From Nitrososphaeria archaeon (GTDB lineage: Archaea; Thermoproteota; Nitrososphaeria; JACIWG01), in the NCBI GenBank assembly GCA_963752255.1, contig CAVVXT010000019.1, forward strand, positions 288,001-352,000: DNA of 64,000 nucleotides. The letters run 5' to 3'. Below are positions 20,279 through 31,835 of the stretch, in pieces (positions within the stretch are counted from its first letter, which is position 1; every line of letters starts with the position of its first letter). The position numbers and the translations under genes are program-made. The notes beneath the pieces are model-generated. The model was not told where the DNA came from, ran no database searches, and saw only the letters and a list, made by a program, of their open reading frames with translations.

Positions 20279-23200
20279 GAGCAGTCTCTACAAAGGGAAG
20301 CGGCAGAAGGAGGGTCCGATTACTCGCCGTTTTAGTCATCCTAATATTATCGACAACCTTGTTAGTCGCCGCCTTAAACCTTATGAACGGAAGTGTGCAG
20401 TTCGCAGGTTCAGGAGTGCAGATAGGGAATGTTGTTGAAGTGGAGCTGGTTATCAAGTACGTGAATGGTTCGCTGAATTTGGTCCTACCTTTACAGACCA
20501 ACTATACTAAGGCAAGTAACAGTACACTTTTCCTTATTATCGGAAGCACTGGAACGAGCTACATGCGAAACTTTGTGGGAGAAACGTACTCTAATGGTCA
20601 ATGGTACGACAATTCTTCAAATGCCGTAGGATACGGGGGGGAAAGTTGGACCTTGCGGCACCAGAGTACGTGAATTCTGAAACGGAGAAAAACGTCATCA
20701 TAGCACCAGCTGCAGACCTTCAAGGTATAATACCAACAATGAAGGACACCAGCATCGTATCTATGCTGCCACAGTCTACGCAGACAAACCTCTTATACTA
20801 CCAGGATCAGGAACTATTCTATTCGTCCAAAGCTTTTGACAGCCCTTATAATTTGTCATATGCTATCTACAACTTTGATCCCCAAGTTTTGAATAACGCA
20901 ACCGTGGAGGAGGATACAAGATACCTCTCGGTTCCAGAGTCACTAGCTAAAGACCTAAAAAGTTTGGCCGAAAATATCACAAAAAACGCGGCATCTCCAT
21001 ACGAAAAGGCTAAAGAATTGGAGTCTTACCTACAAAGCAACTACGTCTACAGCCAGAATTTTACAGCAGCACAAAACGGTGTAGACCCGATTGAGTGGTT
21101 TCTATTCCACGACAAGAGAGGGGTTTGCACCCAGTTCAATACAGCCTTCGTTTTAATGGCCAGGACCCTGGGGCTGACAGCTAGGCTAGTAGGGGGTTAC
21201 GCGATAAACAGCACAAAGGAAGATCAAGAAGTTACTCAGCAAGAATCTCATGCCTATTCAGAGATTTTATTTAACGGCTTTGGATGGGTGACCTTTGACG
21301 CGACAGCTCCCCTTGTAAATAAGGTGGAGGTGAAACCCGTCAATAACGTTATAGAGCCCCACTACAACCAGAGCGATATACCAGGCCATGTCAAAACATA
21401 TACGACAATTCTCTCCAGCAACAAAATTGGGGTTAATGGCGACAATTTCACTGTCACTGGAACGGTCACCAGCAGAACTTGGTTCTATGGTGGAACAGTC
21501 ATCAGCGGCCTTATAGTTCAAATCACGCTAGCAAAGAATAAAACGGAACAGTCTACAGTTTATTCTTCAGTTTATTCTACTGGAAAAGTCTACAGTTTAA
21601 TCAACAGTCAGTTTATTCAACAAAGCACATTTGTAGGTGATGGATTAGTCAATAACGGGTTCTTCAACATCACATGCACGATTCCAAGCAACTTTACATC
21701 CGGTGACTACAACGTAATCGCAAGAACCCTTGGAAACGGCATCTATAACGGTTCATCAAGCGACCCTATCATGACTGTTATGACTAGAACCGAAATAAAC
21801 TTGATTACACCGCAAGAAGTCGTTTATGGCAGACCCTTTTATGTTAATGGTACACTCGAGGAGTTTGGGACTGAAAAACCAATATCGAACACGATGGTAA
21901 CTCTGGACGTTGATTCGCTCCCAAGAACGTTGATCACGGACAAAAATGGCGTCTTTTCTATACCCATTGCACTATCAGGATACGGGGTTCATAATGTGAC
22001 AGCTAGTTTCTCAGGATTACAATATTATCTTGAAAGCCTAAGTGAAAAGCAGGTCAAGGTCCCTGAATTCTCCATAACACCTCTGTCTGACAACATAATT
22101 CGAGGCGAAAACAATTCTCTTGCAGCAATAGTCATGGCCGAAGACCTACCGGTAGAAAAAGAGGATGTCCTTATCAACATGAACGGGACAGCAATATCTT
22201 CCGCCACAACTAATGCAAATGGCTACATGTTCTCATCCTACAATGCTTCTCCTGACCTCAAGATAGGAAACGTTACCCTCGACTACAAACTTAAGAACTT
22301 TGAAAACGAAGAGAACCAGACCGTCAAAGTGATGGCTAAGACATTTATTTCAGTAGAAACAACAAACTTTTTGGGGAAACAGATTGACATCACTCCGAAG
22401 CTAGTTGACAACTTGGGGACTCCAATCGTAGGACAAAACCTATCCGCTAGCTCGAACAGAACATCTGCTTCTTCTCTTGGAATAACCGACGGCGGAGGAA
22501 GGACGTCCCTCAAATTAGAATTACCTAATCCGGCTATGTCTAATAATATTGCCTGCAGTATCAGGTTCAACGGCAGCAAATACCTTCTGCCATCAGAACT
22601 CATTCTAATCCTGACCCCTTCGCAAGAGTCATCAGCCTTCATAAACGCTATATTAGTTGTTGCAATCCTAGCTATAATTGGCTTCTCTATTGCCATGTTC
22701 TCGATCAAGGATCGTCTGAAGAGGCAGAAGGCTATTACTGAACAGGCAATTGGATACCAAGGACAAGATGAAGACAGCCGAAGACAATTTTTTATTTCTT
22801 TCCCCCAGATACTGGAACAATTTGCGTTAGTTTGGGGAGAACGTGAACCACTGGAGGTTCAGGTGAAGATTAACACAACACAACACAAAGACGCGTACAT
22901 TATCGTGGATGACGGGAGGATGGGAAAGCTCGAACTTAGGGTAGGTGAAGAATTAATGAAGTTCGTCCTAGAAAAGGGCACTCACACATTTGCAATAGTG
23001 GAAGAAGACAACGAAATCGCCGAAGTTAAAGTCAGGATAGTGGACTACAGGGAAGAAGTGGTTCAGCTCTACAGCGAATACTTTTTATCGCTTAAGAAAA
23101 AGGATCCCAGAATCGTTGAAGAGACAACGCCGAGAGAGTTTCAATCAATAGTTAAAGGGAGCGTGCCATCTAACAAGCATCGTTCATTGGAATCTGTGGT

Positions 23201-23306
23201 CTCTCTGTTTGAAGTTGCTAACTTTAGTCTCCATACTATAGGGAGAAGACAGTATGAGGAAATGTATATCGACCTTCTTGAGTTGAAACAAAATGAATCT
23301 GGTTGA
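20275..23306 (+). CDS. Transglutaminase-like (TgpA-type) membrane protein with Ig-like repeats and DUF4129-like C-terminus; frameshift in G-run at about 20635-20641
   Basis: GVCTQFNTAFVLMARTLG..ARLVGGY, HAYSE, GWVTFDAT (Cys-His-Asp triad). C-terminal TTPREF...FEVANFS. Confidence 0.85.
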
Positions 23307-24670
23307 GGAAAAAATTATGCAAGAGAATATGAAGGAAAATCTTGAAGTTAGACGGAGAAGTGGCCAGGCATCAAAGGAGGCTTTACAGACTAAAAGAAAT
23401 TCTAAATCGGTTATTAAAACGACTATCTTTATATTTGTAGCACTTGTCATACTGAGTCAGCTTTTTTTCTACGTCGGTTCGAACTGGGGTCAAATTTTTT
23501 GGGGCAAATTTTTCATGTACTTATATTATCCAATATCAGGCATTATCATTGTCGTTTATACAATAGAAATGTTTGGTCAGTTCTTTGAAGGCGATTTTGT
23601 TAAGGCCATATCCAACCACATGGAAGTCCCGGTTATGATAGTCACCTTTACGCTTACCCTGTTCAATCCCCAAATCGTGTTTCCCAACTCCTACAAGACT
23701 GCAGGGTATTGGATCATTGGAACAGCATTGGTTTGGGTCACCCACATTATAATAAAAGCTTATTCGAGGATCGAGAGTACCTTCACATTTGCAGCTCTCC
23801 TGACCATCACCGGATATACGACGAAGACAATAATAGAATCCTATATGGGTTTAAATCCTGATCTCCCATTTTCACCGGGCAACATCGTTTTTTACTGCTT
23901 TCTAGGCAACTGCTGCTCTATCACTGTTATCCTTCTTCAAGTACTCTAGTAAAGACTACCTTTACTATATCGGAAACAAGCTGAACAGTCACACCGTATT
24001 GTTTGGCATAGGGGTTGTTGCATTCTTTGTTCAGGTATACCTGCTGGACATCAGGCCTTCCTTCCCAGCATCGATTTCTCCGTATCTTTTAGTCGCCGAA
24101 TGGACCGCTGTCTGCATCATCTCATTCGCGGTCTTCAAGAGTGTGAGAGACCATCTCTTGAATGTCTCACAGACCTTGAAGTTTGGCGAATGGACTGTGC
24201 TAACACAGAAGATAACCAACAAGAAGGAGGAACTAGACGTCATGTCGGACTTCATTGATGACGGAAAAAAGGAACGCCTGTTAATGCTAATTTCTCATAT
24301 CCTTCTTTCCAACAACATCCCATATAAGATCGGTGAAGAAGCAATAGGAGAGCTTGTGCAATACCGCGACCCTGAACCTCCAAAGATCGTATCAAAGCGG
24401 ATGGCTGGAGAAATGAGAGAAGAGAATAGAAGAAACAGGCAGAGGATACTGGAGAAGACGCTCAAAACCGTGGAAGATGCAATCAACAAAAACTATCTTT
24501 CGAATAACGATAGGCAATTCATAGAACCGGGTGAACTTCCGGATAGTTCCAATGTATTGAAAAGATGCAGCCAGTGCGGAAAGGAATTTCCAGTAAGGTT
24601 TGGAGACTGCCCATTTTGTTATGTAAGACAGACTTCCCAAAGAATAGATCTTCCTGAAGAATATATCTGA
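23293..24670 (+). CDS. Hypothetical multi-TM membrane protein with C-terminal zinc ribbon, frameshifted near 23905
   Basis: Removing one G joins the two ORFs. Ends with CSQC...CPFC. Confidence 0.65.
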
Positions 24671-24752
24671 ATGTGTGGTTTTTAATTCTCGCATATTAAC
24701 CTATCAGAAACAATAACTATATTTGAATGAAACATATAAGAATTGATTTAAC

Positions 24753-25685
24753 GTGTACATGGGGATGAATGCTAGACCCATCAGTACGTATTCGATAATT
24801 GCGATAAGTAAAAAAGAAAATTTAATGGGCGTAGCGGTGCAATCGCACTGGTTCTCCGTTGGTTCAGTCGTTCCCTGGGCTGAATCAGGTGTAGGAGTCG
24901 TTGCCACCCAGTCGATGACTGAGCCTAGTTACGGCCCCTTAGGCCTGTTTCTTATGAAAGCTGGCATTAGAGCAGGAAAAACGCTTGAGGCGCTTTTAAC
25001 AACCGATCCTAAAGAAGACGTCAGGCAGGTCGCTATGCTGGATACAACCGACGGAATAGCGGCGCACACAGGCACCCACTGTATTCCTGAATCAGGACAC
25101 CTAATAGGGGATGACTTCAGTGTTCAGGCTAACCTAATGAAGAGCAAGGAAGTTTGGCCTGCTATGGCTTCCGCTTTTAGAAGCAGTGAAGGAACTTTCA
25201 TAAGACGGCTGATGTCCGCTTTAGAGGCCGCTGAAGACGTTGGAGGCGATATTAGAGGGAGACAGTCCGCTGCGATACTTGTCGTAAAATGTCGGTCAAC
25301 CGGCAGACCTTGGGAAGATAAGGTCATCGACCTAAGAGTAGAGGACCATCCTGAGCCGCTTAAGGAACTCAACAGATTGATAACAATCAGCGAAGCCTGC
25401 GAGATTAACAACATTGGAGATGACTTGATCGCACAGGGAAAGGTCAAAGAGGCAATCAAAGAGTACAGGTTGGCAAACAGGAAAGCACCAGAGATATTGG
25501 AGCTTAAGTTTTGGCAGGTGGTATCATTGCTCAATAGCGGCAACCTCGAAACTGCTAGGGAAATCCTTAAAGATGTTCTGGTCGCCGACAGAAGATGGAA
25601 GAAGATTCTGTTATCTCTTCCCCGACCTTCTATACTATCTGTGGATGAGGAAACCCTGTATAAAATTGTAAACGAACCTAGATAG
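24753..25685 (+). CDS. DUF1028 (Ntn-hydrolase-like) protein with C-terminal TPR
   Basis: TYSIIA, GVAVQSH, GVVATQS, GGDIRGRQSAA, DLRVEDH. Confidence 0.9.
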   Translation: MYMGMNARPISTYSIIAISKKENLMGVAVQSHWFSVGSVVPWAESGVGVVATQSMTEPSYGPLGLFLMKAGIRAGKTLEALLTTDPKEDVRQVAMLDTTDGIAAHTGTHCIPESGHLIGDDFSVQANLMKSKEVWPAMASAFRSSEGTFIRRLMSALEAAEDVGGDIRGRQSAAILVVKCRSTGRPWEDKVIDLRVEDHPEPLKELNRLITISEACEINNIGDDLIAQGKVKEAIKEYRLANRKAPEILELKFWQVVSLLNSGNLETAREILKDVLVADRRWKKILLSLPRPSILSVDEETLYKIVNEPR

Positions 25686-25869
25686 GATATCGCTGAAATA
25701 AACGAACGCAAATTGATGAATCTAAGAACGTGGCCGATTTAAATACAAGGATCCGATCTTAAAGACAAGAATCTTATTCAATTATGGCGTTTTAAAATTT
25801 AAGCGGTGACAGTGCCACACCTCCCACCAAATTTTATCTAACATCAGTTCCCATAAAGATATCGGATTT

Positions 25870-25940
25870 GCGTCAGATTAGCGTCAGATTTTGCGTCAGA
25901 TAATGCGTCAGAAAAGACGTCAGATTTCACGCCATCTGAC
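25870..25940. repeat. Five direct repeats of (G/A)CGTCAGA at 11-12 bp spacing plus one partial inverted copy
   Basis: Copies start at 25870, 25881, 25893, 25905 and 25917; ATCTGAC at 25934-25940. Confidence 0.85.
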
Positions 25941-26002
25941 ACTATAGTTTTATATCCTATATACTGTACTCTATGGCTTTCCTAGGATGTTTGTCTGGGG
26001 CA

Positions 26003-26938
26003 TCATGCTATCGCCCTTAATCCCTTTTCCGTCAACTCCACCCTTACCCCTAGGTCGCTCTTGTAGGGGTTGACGTATCCTCCCTTTTCCATCTTGTCCA
26101 GGAAGTCGCTGGGTCCCTGTCTAGATGTTAAGCCTAAAACTTTTTTCCCCCACCAACTGTAAGAATGGGGGTCTTTGATCTTGTCGATCTTCCTGAGTCT
26201 GTCTATATCCTTGTCGCTAAGTTCGGAATATTCTATGATGGGTTCAGTTTCCGACTTAATGACAACGTCGTACGTTCTCTGGTCCAACAAGCCAAAGTTT
26301 AATATTTTGTTCAAAAAATCGTTAACCCCCTTTCCAGAGCTAAGACCCTTCATCCAATCAATGAAAGAATAAGATAGCTCTATCTCATCTGAATATCCTG
26401 TTACTAGAAATCCCATCGTCTTCTCATAGGTCTTTTTGATTTTAACATCTGATGACACCTTATTTCCTTCTGTTAGATATTTAAGAAGGCTCATAGGAGT
26501 TCTAAATAGAAAGATAGATTCCAAACCAGTGTCTTTAGGGCTAAAATATTCTGAAAGGTAGCAATGAGGATAGGGTCTGAATGAACCTATAGCTTCTGCA
26601 TCTACAATAATGTGAATCTTTGACATCCAGTCCAAACAGTTCACATCACCTTTACTTTCGTAGTAAAGCTTAAGCTCAGGGAAGTGTAAGAAATTAAAAT
26701 TCAGCGCACATAGTGCCAAGTCAAGATATGATAGCTTTGTGAATCTATGGCGAAACGCTTCTTTTATATTTTTGTCTTGTTCAAGTTGTCTATCATACTT
26801 CGAATAGTCCTTCCAATCCCATTTCACAATATCTGATCTAACAATCGAATCATAAGCTGATCGGTCTTTTTCCTTTAAAAAGCCTAGTGCTTCGGATATA
26901 GTCAATCCCTTATATCGTATACCTAATACAGCTGCCAT
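26003..26938 (-). CDS. Hypothetical protein with possible C-terminal winged helix
   Basis: 311-aa ORF ending FLDKMEKGGYV...RVELTEKG, a MarR-like wing pattern. Confidence 0.6.
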   Translation of the reverse strand: MAAVLGIRYKGLTISEALGFLKEKDRSAYDSIVRSDIVKWDWKDYSKYDRQLEQDKNIKEAFRHRFTKLSYLDLALCALNFNFLHFPELKLYYESKGDVNCLDWMSKIHIIVDAEAIGSFRPYPHCYLSEYFSPKDTGLESIFLFRTPMSLLKYLTEGNKVSSDVKIKKTYEKTMGFLVTGYSDEIELSYSFIDWMKGLSSGKGVNDFLNKILNFGLLDQRTYDVVIKSETEPIIEYSELSDKDIDRLRKIDKIKDPHSYSWWGKKVLGLTSRQGPSDFLDKMEKGGYVNPYKSDLGVRVELTEKGLRAIA

Positions 26939-27486
26939 ATACTATTTTATTATGTGCATCTCCCCTTTAAAAATATACAGTAAACGCATAGATTATACGA
27001 CTTCTACAAAATGTCAGAAATTGTTTGATTTTTAATTGATCGTCTCTTTGGTGTAGGACATTCTCTCTGCACGATATCTTATAGAGCTCACCGCTTATCA
27101 TTTTTCCCGTAAATTCGAAATGTCCAATGTCTCACTCATGATTTTGATTCTACTTTAATAGACTATTTTTAAGTGACATTTAATTTAAAATACCTGTTTC
27201 TAACGCATTACCACTAAAACTTGAAGACTGATTTAATTTGTTCCATTTAGAAAACAGTAAATAGAAAGTTGATTTATACGCATTTGGGAACCAATTAGCT
27301 AAGCTCTTAACTAAAAACAGGCACATTGGCCCCAAAATCCGCCAACTGCAAGTGTTAAGAGACCGATAAGTTATCACATTCTTGGGAAAGGCGTGTATAA
27401 ATTTCGAATTTAAAACAAGTTTATCATTTTTACAAATAAGATGGATTTTTTGAAAATGATCGTATAACTCAGGAAGTCATTAAACC

Positions 27487-27521
27487 CCCAAGCTGTATGT
27501 CATGGGTTCAAATCCCACCGG
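27487..27521 (+). pseudogene. tRNA 3'-half relic (Gly-like)
   Basis: CCC AA GCTG TATGTC ATGGG TTCAAAT CCCAC CGG: anticodon-loop remnant, variable region and T-arm; no 5' half. Confidence 0.55.
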
Positions 27522-28180
27522 TTTCAGACGCTCAAGACACCAATGGAGTCCCAGGGCCAGAAATACCCTGACACAGTTGCCATTTCGGACGGAGGGTCAA
27601 GCTGTTGAACGCAAATCAGTCTCCCCAGGACCTGGCAGGGGAGAATCCACTAGTATTGCCTTCTAAGTCTGACTTGCAGATATCTTTGTCAAAGTAGTAA
27701 TTCTATTCAAAAATAGCTTGTTTCAACCTTCACGTGTAAATAACAAAAATAGAATACATTATCTCTTAAACAATAAACGCTCTGATGATTATTCCCTAGG
27801 TCTAAACAAAATGAGGAAAGAAAATATTATAGATATGACTAGGATTCCAAGAGGAAATTCTATGGAGAAGATAATGGCTGGCAAGTCAAAATATCATTGC
27901 CTAGGCGTGAGATCTTATTGGGTTCTTGAAAAAAACAAATAGTAGAGTGAGCTAACAATAATGACAACCACTGCAACAATCCAAGATTCCACTGGCAAAG
28001 AGAACATTAGAATCAGGCAGCTGATTATTCAGAGATGCTATCACTTAAAAACTCTGCGATTCGAATGGAGAGGAGACTTCTAAGGTTTCTGAAATAGAGA
28101 AGATAGTTAAAGAACTCAAGCAGAAAAGGCTAGAGATAAACTAAACTGCATAAGAACTTCTAATCTAATCTCTAACATTA

Positions 28181-28201
28181 ACCCGAATATGTACGGGAAA
28201 T
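28181..28201 (+). promoter_or_regulatory. Conserved palindromic upstream motif, copy 2
   Basis: ACCCGAATATGTACGGGAAAT followed by TATTAATA; 64 nt before ATG 28245. Confidence 0.75.
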
Positions 28202-28244
28202 TATTAATAAGGAGCACGTTACCAATGAGGATAGAGCGAGTATC

Positions 28245-28442
28245 ATGAGCATAACGAAAAGCATATTGGAACATGCAAAGAAGCATGTTGAGTACCCAAC
28301 TACTAAGAAAAAATTGATGGAGGCTTGTAACAACTTTTCGGATATCCCCAAAGAGGAATCTGAATATTTCGCTAAGAACTTGCCTGAAAAAATCTATAAG
28401 GAACCAATTGACGTGTTTCGGGCATTGCTTGAGAAGATCTGA
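28245..28442 (+). CDS. Small DUF2795-like protein
   Basis: VEYPTTKKKLMEA...LPEKIYKEPIDV resembles the DUF2795 YP..K..L / LP...Y pattern. Confidence 0.6.
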   Translation: MSITKSILEHAKKHVEYPTTKKKLMEACNNFSDIPKEESEYFAKNLPEKIYKEPIDVFRALLEKI

Positions 28443-28524
28443 AAAGCCTCATCCCCTATTTTTTATTCTAGGGATAAACTAACTCAAATATCCTATGTGT
28501 TATAATATATAAAAATAGGCGAAA

Positions 28525-28563
28525 CCCATTTTCGATGGAATAGATTCCAATCGAGAAAATGGG
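28525..28563. terminator. Long imperfect hairpin between convergent genes
   Basis: CCCATTTTCGATGGAAT-AG-ATTCCAATCGAGAAAATGGG. Confidence 0.5.
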
Positions 28564-28603
28564 CAATTATGCAAGAGTCGATCGACGGATTCCTTGTTCG
28601 TTC

Positions 28604-28996
28604 TTACTTCTTGGCCTGTTTGCTTAGGTATTCACCTATTTGTGCTGTCTCTTTAGCGAAGGTCTCGTAGGGGTAGTTTTGGGCGTGAATCATGGCGCTC
28701 CACCTGGAGGTGTAGCTGGCTAGGAACGCAATCTCGGCAAATTCCTCTGGTGTGGCTCCATACAGTTGGGCTGCACTCTTGTGGAAGAGCTGGCAATACG
28801 GACATTTTATGTTAGCTGCTACCGACAACCCCATGAGCTCCCTGTACTTTGCTGGTATCTTGCTCTCTCCGAGAACGTACTTTTTGAAAAGAGGCCAATC
28901 GTGATTAAGGACATCCTGTGGTAGTCCTTTCATGAAGCCTGGGACAATTCCGAGGCTTTTCTCAATATCTTTTAACGTATCTTGATATTCGTTCAT
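28604..28996 (-). CDS. Carboxymuconolactone decarboxylase / AhpD-like protein
   Basis: IPAKYRELMGLSVAANIKCPYCQLFH...GATPEE. Confidence 0.9.
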   Translation of the reverse strand: MNEYQDTLKDIEKSLGIVPGFMKGLPQDVLNHDWPLFKKYVLGESKIPAKYRELMGLSVAANIKCPYCQLFHKSAAQLYGATPEEFAEIAFLASYTSRWSAMIHAQNYPYETFAKETAQIGEYLSKQAKK

Positions 28997-29233
28997 TTAT
29001 ATCGTAAATAAATGCGCAATCATTTATTTAAATATTTCCAATTAATAAGAATAAATAGCAAATTTTTTTTATTTTTTATTCTATCGCCAACTCTGGCGGA
29101 TTAGTCCAATGATCGAAGGTGCTAGGGTCTATTTCAAAAGACATAACCTTACTTTTATCCAGGATATTCTGAACTGTTAGAAATAAAGTAGACTACTTCT
29201 CTTGTTTCCGCCTCAAATGGGTTTCCACTAATT

Positions 29234-29572
29234 CTATACTTTGGCGATCAGTGCAAGTGTGGCGCCCACGATGCCGAGTACGGCACCAATCAATACGCCC
29301 ACAGAAGGGAAAAACCAGTAGGCTAAGAGGCTAACGGTGGAGAAGACCAGTATCATAGATCCCCACGCGATACAGCACACACGTAAGCCCATCGTGCCTT
29401 CACTAGGACGAACCTTGAGCATGATGGCAGAAACCAACACGAGTGTTCCTGACACTATTCCCAGAATCATTCCGCTCTCCCCAATCGTTGTGTAGATGCT
29501 ACCCAGAACAATCAAGATACCAGCAACCAGTGAGATGACAATTGCTGCGGTGACCATCTTAGGTTCTGACAT
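29234..29572 (-). CDS. Hypothetical four-TM membrane protein
   Basis: Hydrophobic 112-aa ORF with GGTG ribosome-binding site. Confidence 0.7.
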   Translation of the reverse strand: MSEPKMVTAAIVISLVAGILIVLGSIYTTIGESGMILGIVSGTLVLVSAIMLKVRPSEGTMGLRVCCIAWGSMILVFSTVSLLAYWFFPSVGVLIGAVLGIVGATLALIAKV

Positions 29573-29699
29573 CTTTACACCTTTACGAAGGATTTGACGT
29601 CCAATATATTTAACTCTATTCCTTCTTTCTGGTGGTAATGTAAAATTGTGTGGTGAAGTAAAAAAATAAATAAATAATCAAAAAAATAAGAGTTTATCA

Positions 29700-29996
29700 C
29701 TATCCTTTCTTGCTTTCAGTCTCTATGCCAAGGAAATGCTTAGCCACAACGAGATGTATAGATGGAACTATGGCATGCAAACCAGCAAAGACTGCCAGCA
29801 GCAACCAAATCATCGGTTGTAGGACAAGAGTGCTGTTCAAAGCATCACCAATGACTCCTAAAGCAGCGAATAGAAAGCTAACATATGAAAAAATGCTACT
29901 AGCCCACGCACATCTCCTGATCTCAGCCTCCACGTGTTCGCGGTTCTTGAAAGGTTGATTTTCCAAACGGCTTGCCATGACACATATCACCTCCAT
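29700..29996 (-). CDS. Hypothetical membrane protein
   Basis: Two TM segments. GGAGGTGA upstream of ATG at about 29978 suggests that start. Confidence 0.65.
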   Translation of the reverse strand: MEVICVMASRLENQPFKNREHVEAEIRRCAWASSIFSYVSFLFAALGVIGDALNSTLVLQPMIWLLLAVFAGLHAIVPSIHLVVAKHFLGIETESKKG

Positions 29997-30171
29997 TTAA
30001 CAACTTATTTCAAGTTGTATTAAAGATTTATAAAATAGTAAGGGAACCTAAAAAACAATTTTCCGAGCCAAAAGTAGCGCTGCTTCTGAAAGAAACTAAA
30101 ATAGTATCTTTACATTAAAACAAATATACATTCAAAGTTTAAGAGTATCGATTAAAATATGTGGAATAATC

Positions 30172-30843
30172 ATGCTTGACATCTCTGTAATTCGTGTTCT
30201 TTCAGCTTTCCTTGCGGTCGTTTTAATCGTACGCTTTTTGTTGTCTTTACTTTTCGCTCGGTTCATAGGAGAAAGCTTGGGCTCAGTCAGAGCTTCAAAA
30301 CCCGTAGGCTTCGTTGTTGCCTTTCTCTGCGTTTTCCTGAATTTTGTGCCAATCATCTTCTGTCTTCTCGGAGCAATAGTGCCGAGTTGGGTCTATGGGA
30401 CGTTTCTCAACTTTTCATTCAACGGCGCGGAGTTTCTGCAAGTTGCCGCCGCACCAATCGTCTTATTCGGCGCAGTTCTCGCAGCTTGGAGTTCTAAGGC
30501 GCTTGGGCAACAGGCAAGTGACTCCCCTATCGTAAGAGAGAAACGCAGCCTGATAACCACAGGTCCCTATTCTCGTGTCAGACACCCAGGTTATACTGCT
30601 CGAATGATAATAGATTTGGGAGTCTTCCTCCTATTCTTCAATGCCTTGCAGTTCATGGGCCTTCTCGCCTGGATTGGCTTAGCATATAAGAAGGCAATTC
30701 TTGAGGAAGAACTCCTCTCCTCTGAAAAAGGCTTTGGGCTGGAATACAGAGATTATATGTCAAAAACAGGGAGATTTCTGCCAAAACCCACAAATAGGAC
30801 AAATTGGACAAAAAATAGATCAATGGCTAGTATTGGAGATTAA
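30172..30843 (+). CDS. Isoprenylcysteine carboxyl methyltransferase family protein
   Basis: LITTGPYSRVRHPGY, EEELL, EYRDYMSKTGRFLP. Confidence 0.88.
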   Translation: MLDISVIRVLSAFLAVVLIVRFLLSLLFARFIGESLGSVRASKPVGFVVAFLCVFLNFVPIIFCLLGAIVPSWVYGTFLNFSFNGAEFLQVAAAPIVLFGAVLAAWSSKALGQQASDSPIVREKRSLITTGPYSRVRHPGYTARMIIDLGVFLLFFNALQFMGLLAWIGLAYKKAILEEELLSSEKGFGLEYRDYMSKTGRFLPKPTNRTNWTKNRSMASIGD

Positions 30844-30956
30844 TGATTTGAAAGCACTATAAACGGTTAGTTCGAAATCAATACCTTAAATGAACCATTT
30901 AATGTTTTGTATGGATTTCGATATAAACTTTTAAGCATAAAAAAAGACTTAAGCTA

Positions 30957-31835
30957 TTGGTAAAAATGATGTCAAAAGCTGCAAAGGTTCAGCCGTCAAC
31001 AGACCCAACTGTTGGACTCATATATTTTTCTCCGACAGGAAGCACGAAGAAAGTCTGTGATGTAATTGCGACAGCGATCAGCACAAAACCGCCAATCGTC
31101 TTGGACATAACTAGGCCAAGCATTTCGGAAAAAGGGAACCCCGGTAATGTGGATCTGTGGGTTGTCGGGTCTCCCGTGTACGGAGGTCGTTTGCATTTAC
31201 TTGTGAGTGAACGATTATCGTTGGTTTTTGGTGACCTTCCAAAAAGGAAAATGCCAGGCAGTAGCAGTATCCGTGTACGGCGATGTAGTATTAGGTATAG
31301 GTCTAAAAGAGCTTGTTAACCTCATGGCTAAAAATGGCTTCGATGTAGTCGGCGCGGGTGCATTCATCGGCGAACATTACTCTAAGAAATCAGGGGCGCA
31401 GCTATAGGCGAAAACGCAGGTCGCCCAGACGAAGCGGATTTGGCAGTAGCTAAAGAATTCGGCGCTTCAGTACGACAGAAAGGGCTAAACGGCTCTGAAA
31501 TATCGTCTATACAAGATATACAATCGGCAAAGGTGCCTTTCAAATTCAAGATAGCGCGCGCGCTAAATCTCAAGCGTTTTTTTAGCATAGAGGTCGATGC
31601 TAACAAATGTTCAAAATGTAACGTATGTGTCAAAGTCTGTCCAGTAGGCTGCATAGACAATCAGACCTTCCTAAGAATCGACGTCCAAGCAAAGAACTGC
31701 ATTGCTTGCGCAGCATGTGTGAAGGTTTGCCCTGAAGCAGCAAGAACACAGTTGGCAAGGCAAAAATGGCTTGCAAAGCTTGACAGTATGACACCAGTTA
31801 ACAAAAAAAGGGGAACGCCAGTTTACTACACCTGA
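30957..31835 (+). CDS. EFR1-type flavodoxin/4Fe-4S protein with two frameshifts (about 31257 and 31390)
   Basis: YFSPTGST, SPVYGG, AFIGEH, GRPDEAD and two CxxCxxCxxxCP motifs spread over three frames. Confidence 0.8.

Noticed and set aside
25870-25940. CRISPR array
   Set aside because: 8-bp units with 3-4 bp spacers and no cas genes; no CRISPR-sized repeat-spacer pattern anywhere in the window.
29085-29135. Possible tRNA 5'-half after a small CGCCA/TGGCG hairpin
   Set aside because: No coherent D-stem, anticodon arm or T-arm can be formed.
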